A stretch of 35,892 bases of DNA, counting the filler, from an uncultured Synergistales bacterium (GTDB lineage Bacteria; Synergistota; Synergistia; Synergistales; Aminobacteriaceae): NCBI GenBank assembly GCA_937897575.1. It is 2 parts of 2 records of this genome, joined end to end, with 100 filler letters (N's around TTAATTAATTAA, not from the genome) between each part and the next. Parts side by side here need not be neighbours in the genome. Positions count along the whole stretch, not along the records: positions 7,551 to 35,892 come from CALCQG010000173.1; 1 more part is not named here. One strand, 5' to 3'. The position numbers were made by a program, and so were the translations under genes. The notes beneath the pieces are model-generated. The model ran no database searches and was not told the origin of the DNA. It saw only the letters and a program-made list of their open reading frames with translations. This document shows, piece by piece, positions 35,266-35,892 of this stretch (position 1 is the stretch's first letter; each line of letters opens with the position of its first letter).

Positions 35266-35892
35266 ATGTGGTGCTCCGACCTCCTTCTGCGTAACTTCCG
35301 GAATTTCTCCCAGTGCCGGGTGCGGTGGCACCCCGGGCTGAACCTGCTGACGGGGCGCAACGGGGCGGGGAAGACGAACTGCCTTGAGGGCCTGCACATC
35401 CTCCTGGGGTGGGGGCCCCTGGGCGACCGGAAGGACCTCAGGGCCTGGGACGGCTGCGAGGAGTACGCCTTCGTCACGGGCAACTTCTCCGGGGGCGACG
35501 ATCTCTTCGCCGCTGCGGCCATCGGACGGACGACGGTGCTCAAGTGCGACGGGCAGAGGATCTCCTCCTCGGATATCCGGTGGAAGATACCCTCTCTGGC
35601 CTTTCTCCCCAGGGACATGACCCTGATCGACGGCTCGCCGTCGGGGCGCCGGTCCTTCGCGGACAGGCTTTGTGCCGTCCTCTTTCCCCTCTACGCCAAG
35701 CGGCTGAGCGACTTCAAAAGGGCGGTCCGGCACAGGACCGTCCTTCTTCGCGCCGGAAGAGCCCTGAGGCCCCTCTCCCAGGCCATGGCCACCATGGCTG
35801 CGTGGCTGTGGGAGGCGAGGGAGCGCGCCGTGACGGCTCTGGCCCGTGAGCTGGAGGATTTCGGCGACCTTCTCCCCCTCCCGCTCTCACTG
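35266..35892 (+). CDS. recF: DNA replication/repair protein RecF (5' part, runs off window)
   Basis: Not in ORF track. MWCSDLLLRNFRNF...LNLLTGRNGAGKTNCLE (Walker A) and LIDGSPSGRRSFAD. Follows dnaN. Confidence 0.92.
   Translation, partial: MWCSDLLLRNFRNFSQCRVRWHPGLNLLTGRNGAGKTNCLEGLHILLGWGPLGDRKDLRAWDGCEEYAFVTGNFSGGDDLFAAAAIGRTTVLKCDGQRISSSDIRWKIPSLAFLPRDMTLIDGSPSGRRSFADRLCAVLFPLYAKRLSDFKRAVRHRTVLLRAGRALRPLSQAMATMAAWLWEARERAVTALARELEDFGDLLPLPLSL

Overview
GC-rich bacterial chromosome segment from an anaerobe. Synergistota is my inference from protein style and gene content, and it is not verified. The window is two contigs joined by an artificial 100-nt N/TTAATTAATTAA linker at 7451-7550. 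The left contig holds mntP (partial), a FlK-like thioesterase, a Fur/PerR regulator, a GNAT, a frameshifted 3-hydroxyisobutyrate-dehydrogenase-family gene, fbaB, a Nim/PNPOx-like protein, a CE4 deacetylase, and a ClC H+/Cl- antiporter with a candidate cation-riboswitch-like leader. The right contig holds fprA (spuriously fused to a nitrilase by a 94-bp duplication/insertion), a CatA-like acetyltransferase, a stand-alone trpB with an unannotated WWW leader peptide and attenuator, a small Bfd-like protein, tfoX-like, copA/copZ, two paralogous exported hypotheticals, TPP riboswitch-thiE, an Rrf2-ferredoxin fusion with hcp, trkA-trkH-trkH, a group II cysteine desulfurase, alkaline phosphatase-YibE/F, a DHH phosphoesterase, and the replication origin (bipartite oriC, dnaA, dnaN, recF partial). 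The best candidate for something new is the Bfd-like protein at 13237-13488. Its apparent TGA stop looks like selenocysteine, giving a CGGGUSGCSGSC tail, with a SECIS-like hairpin at fdhF spacing. The trp attenuator is the next best. No CRISPR array, rRNA, tRNA or transposase gene was seen.
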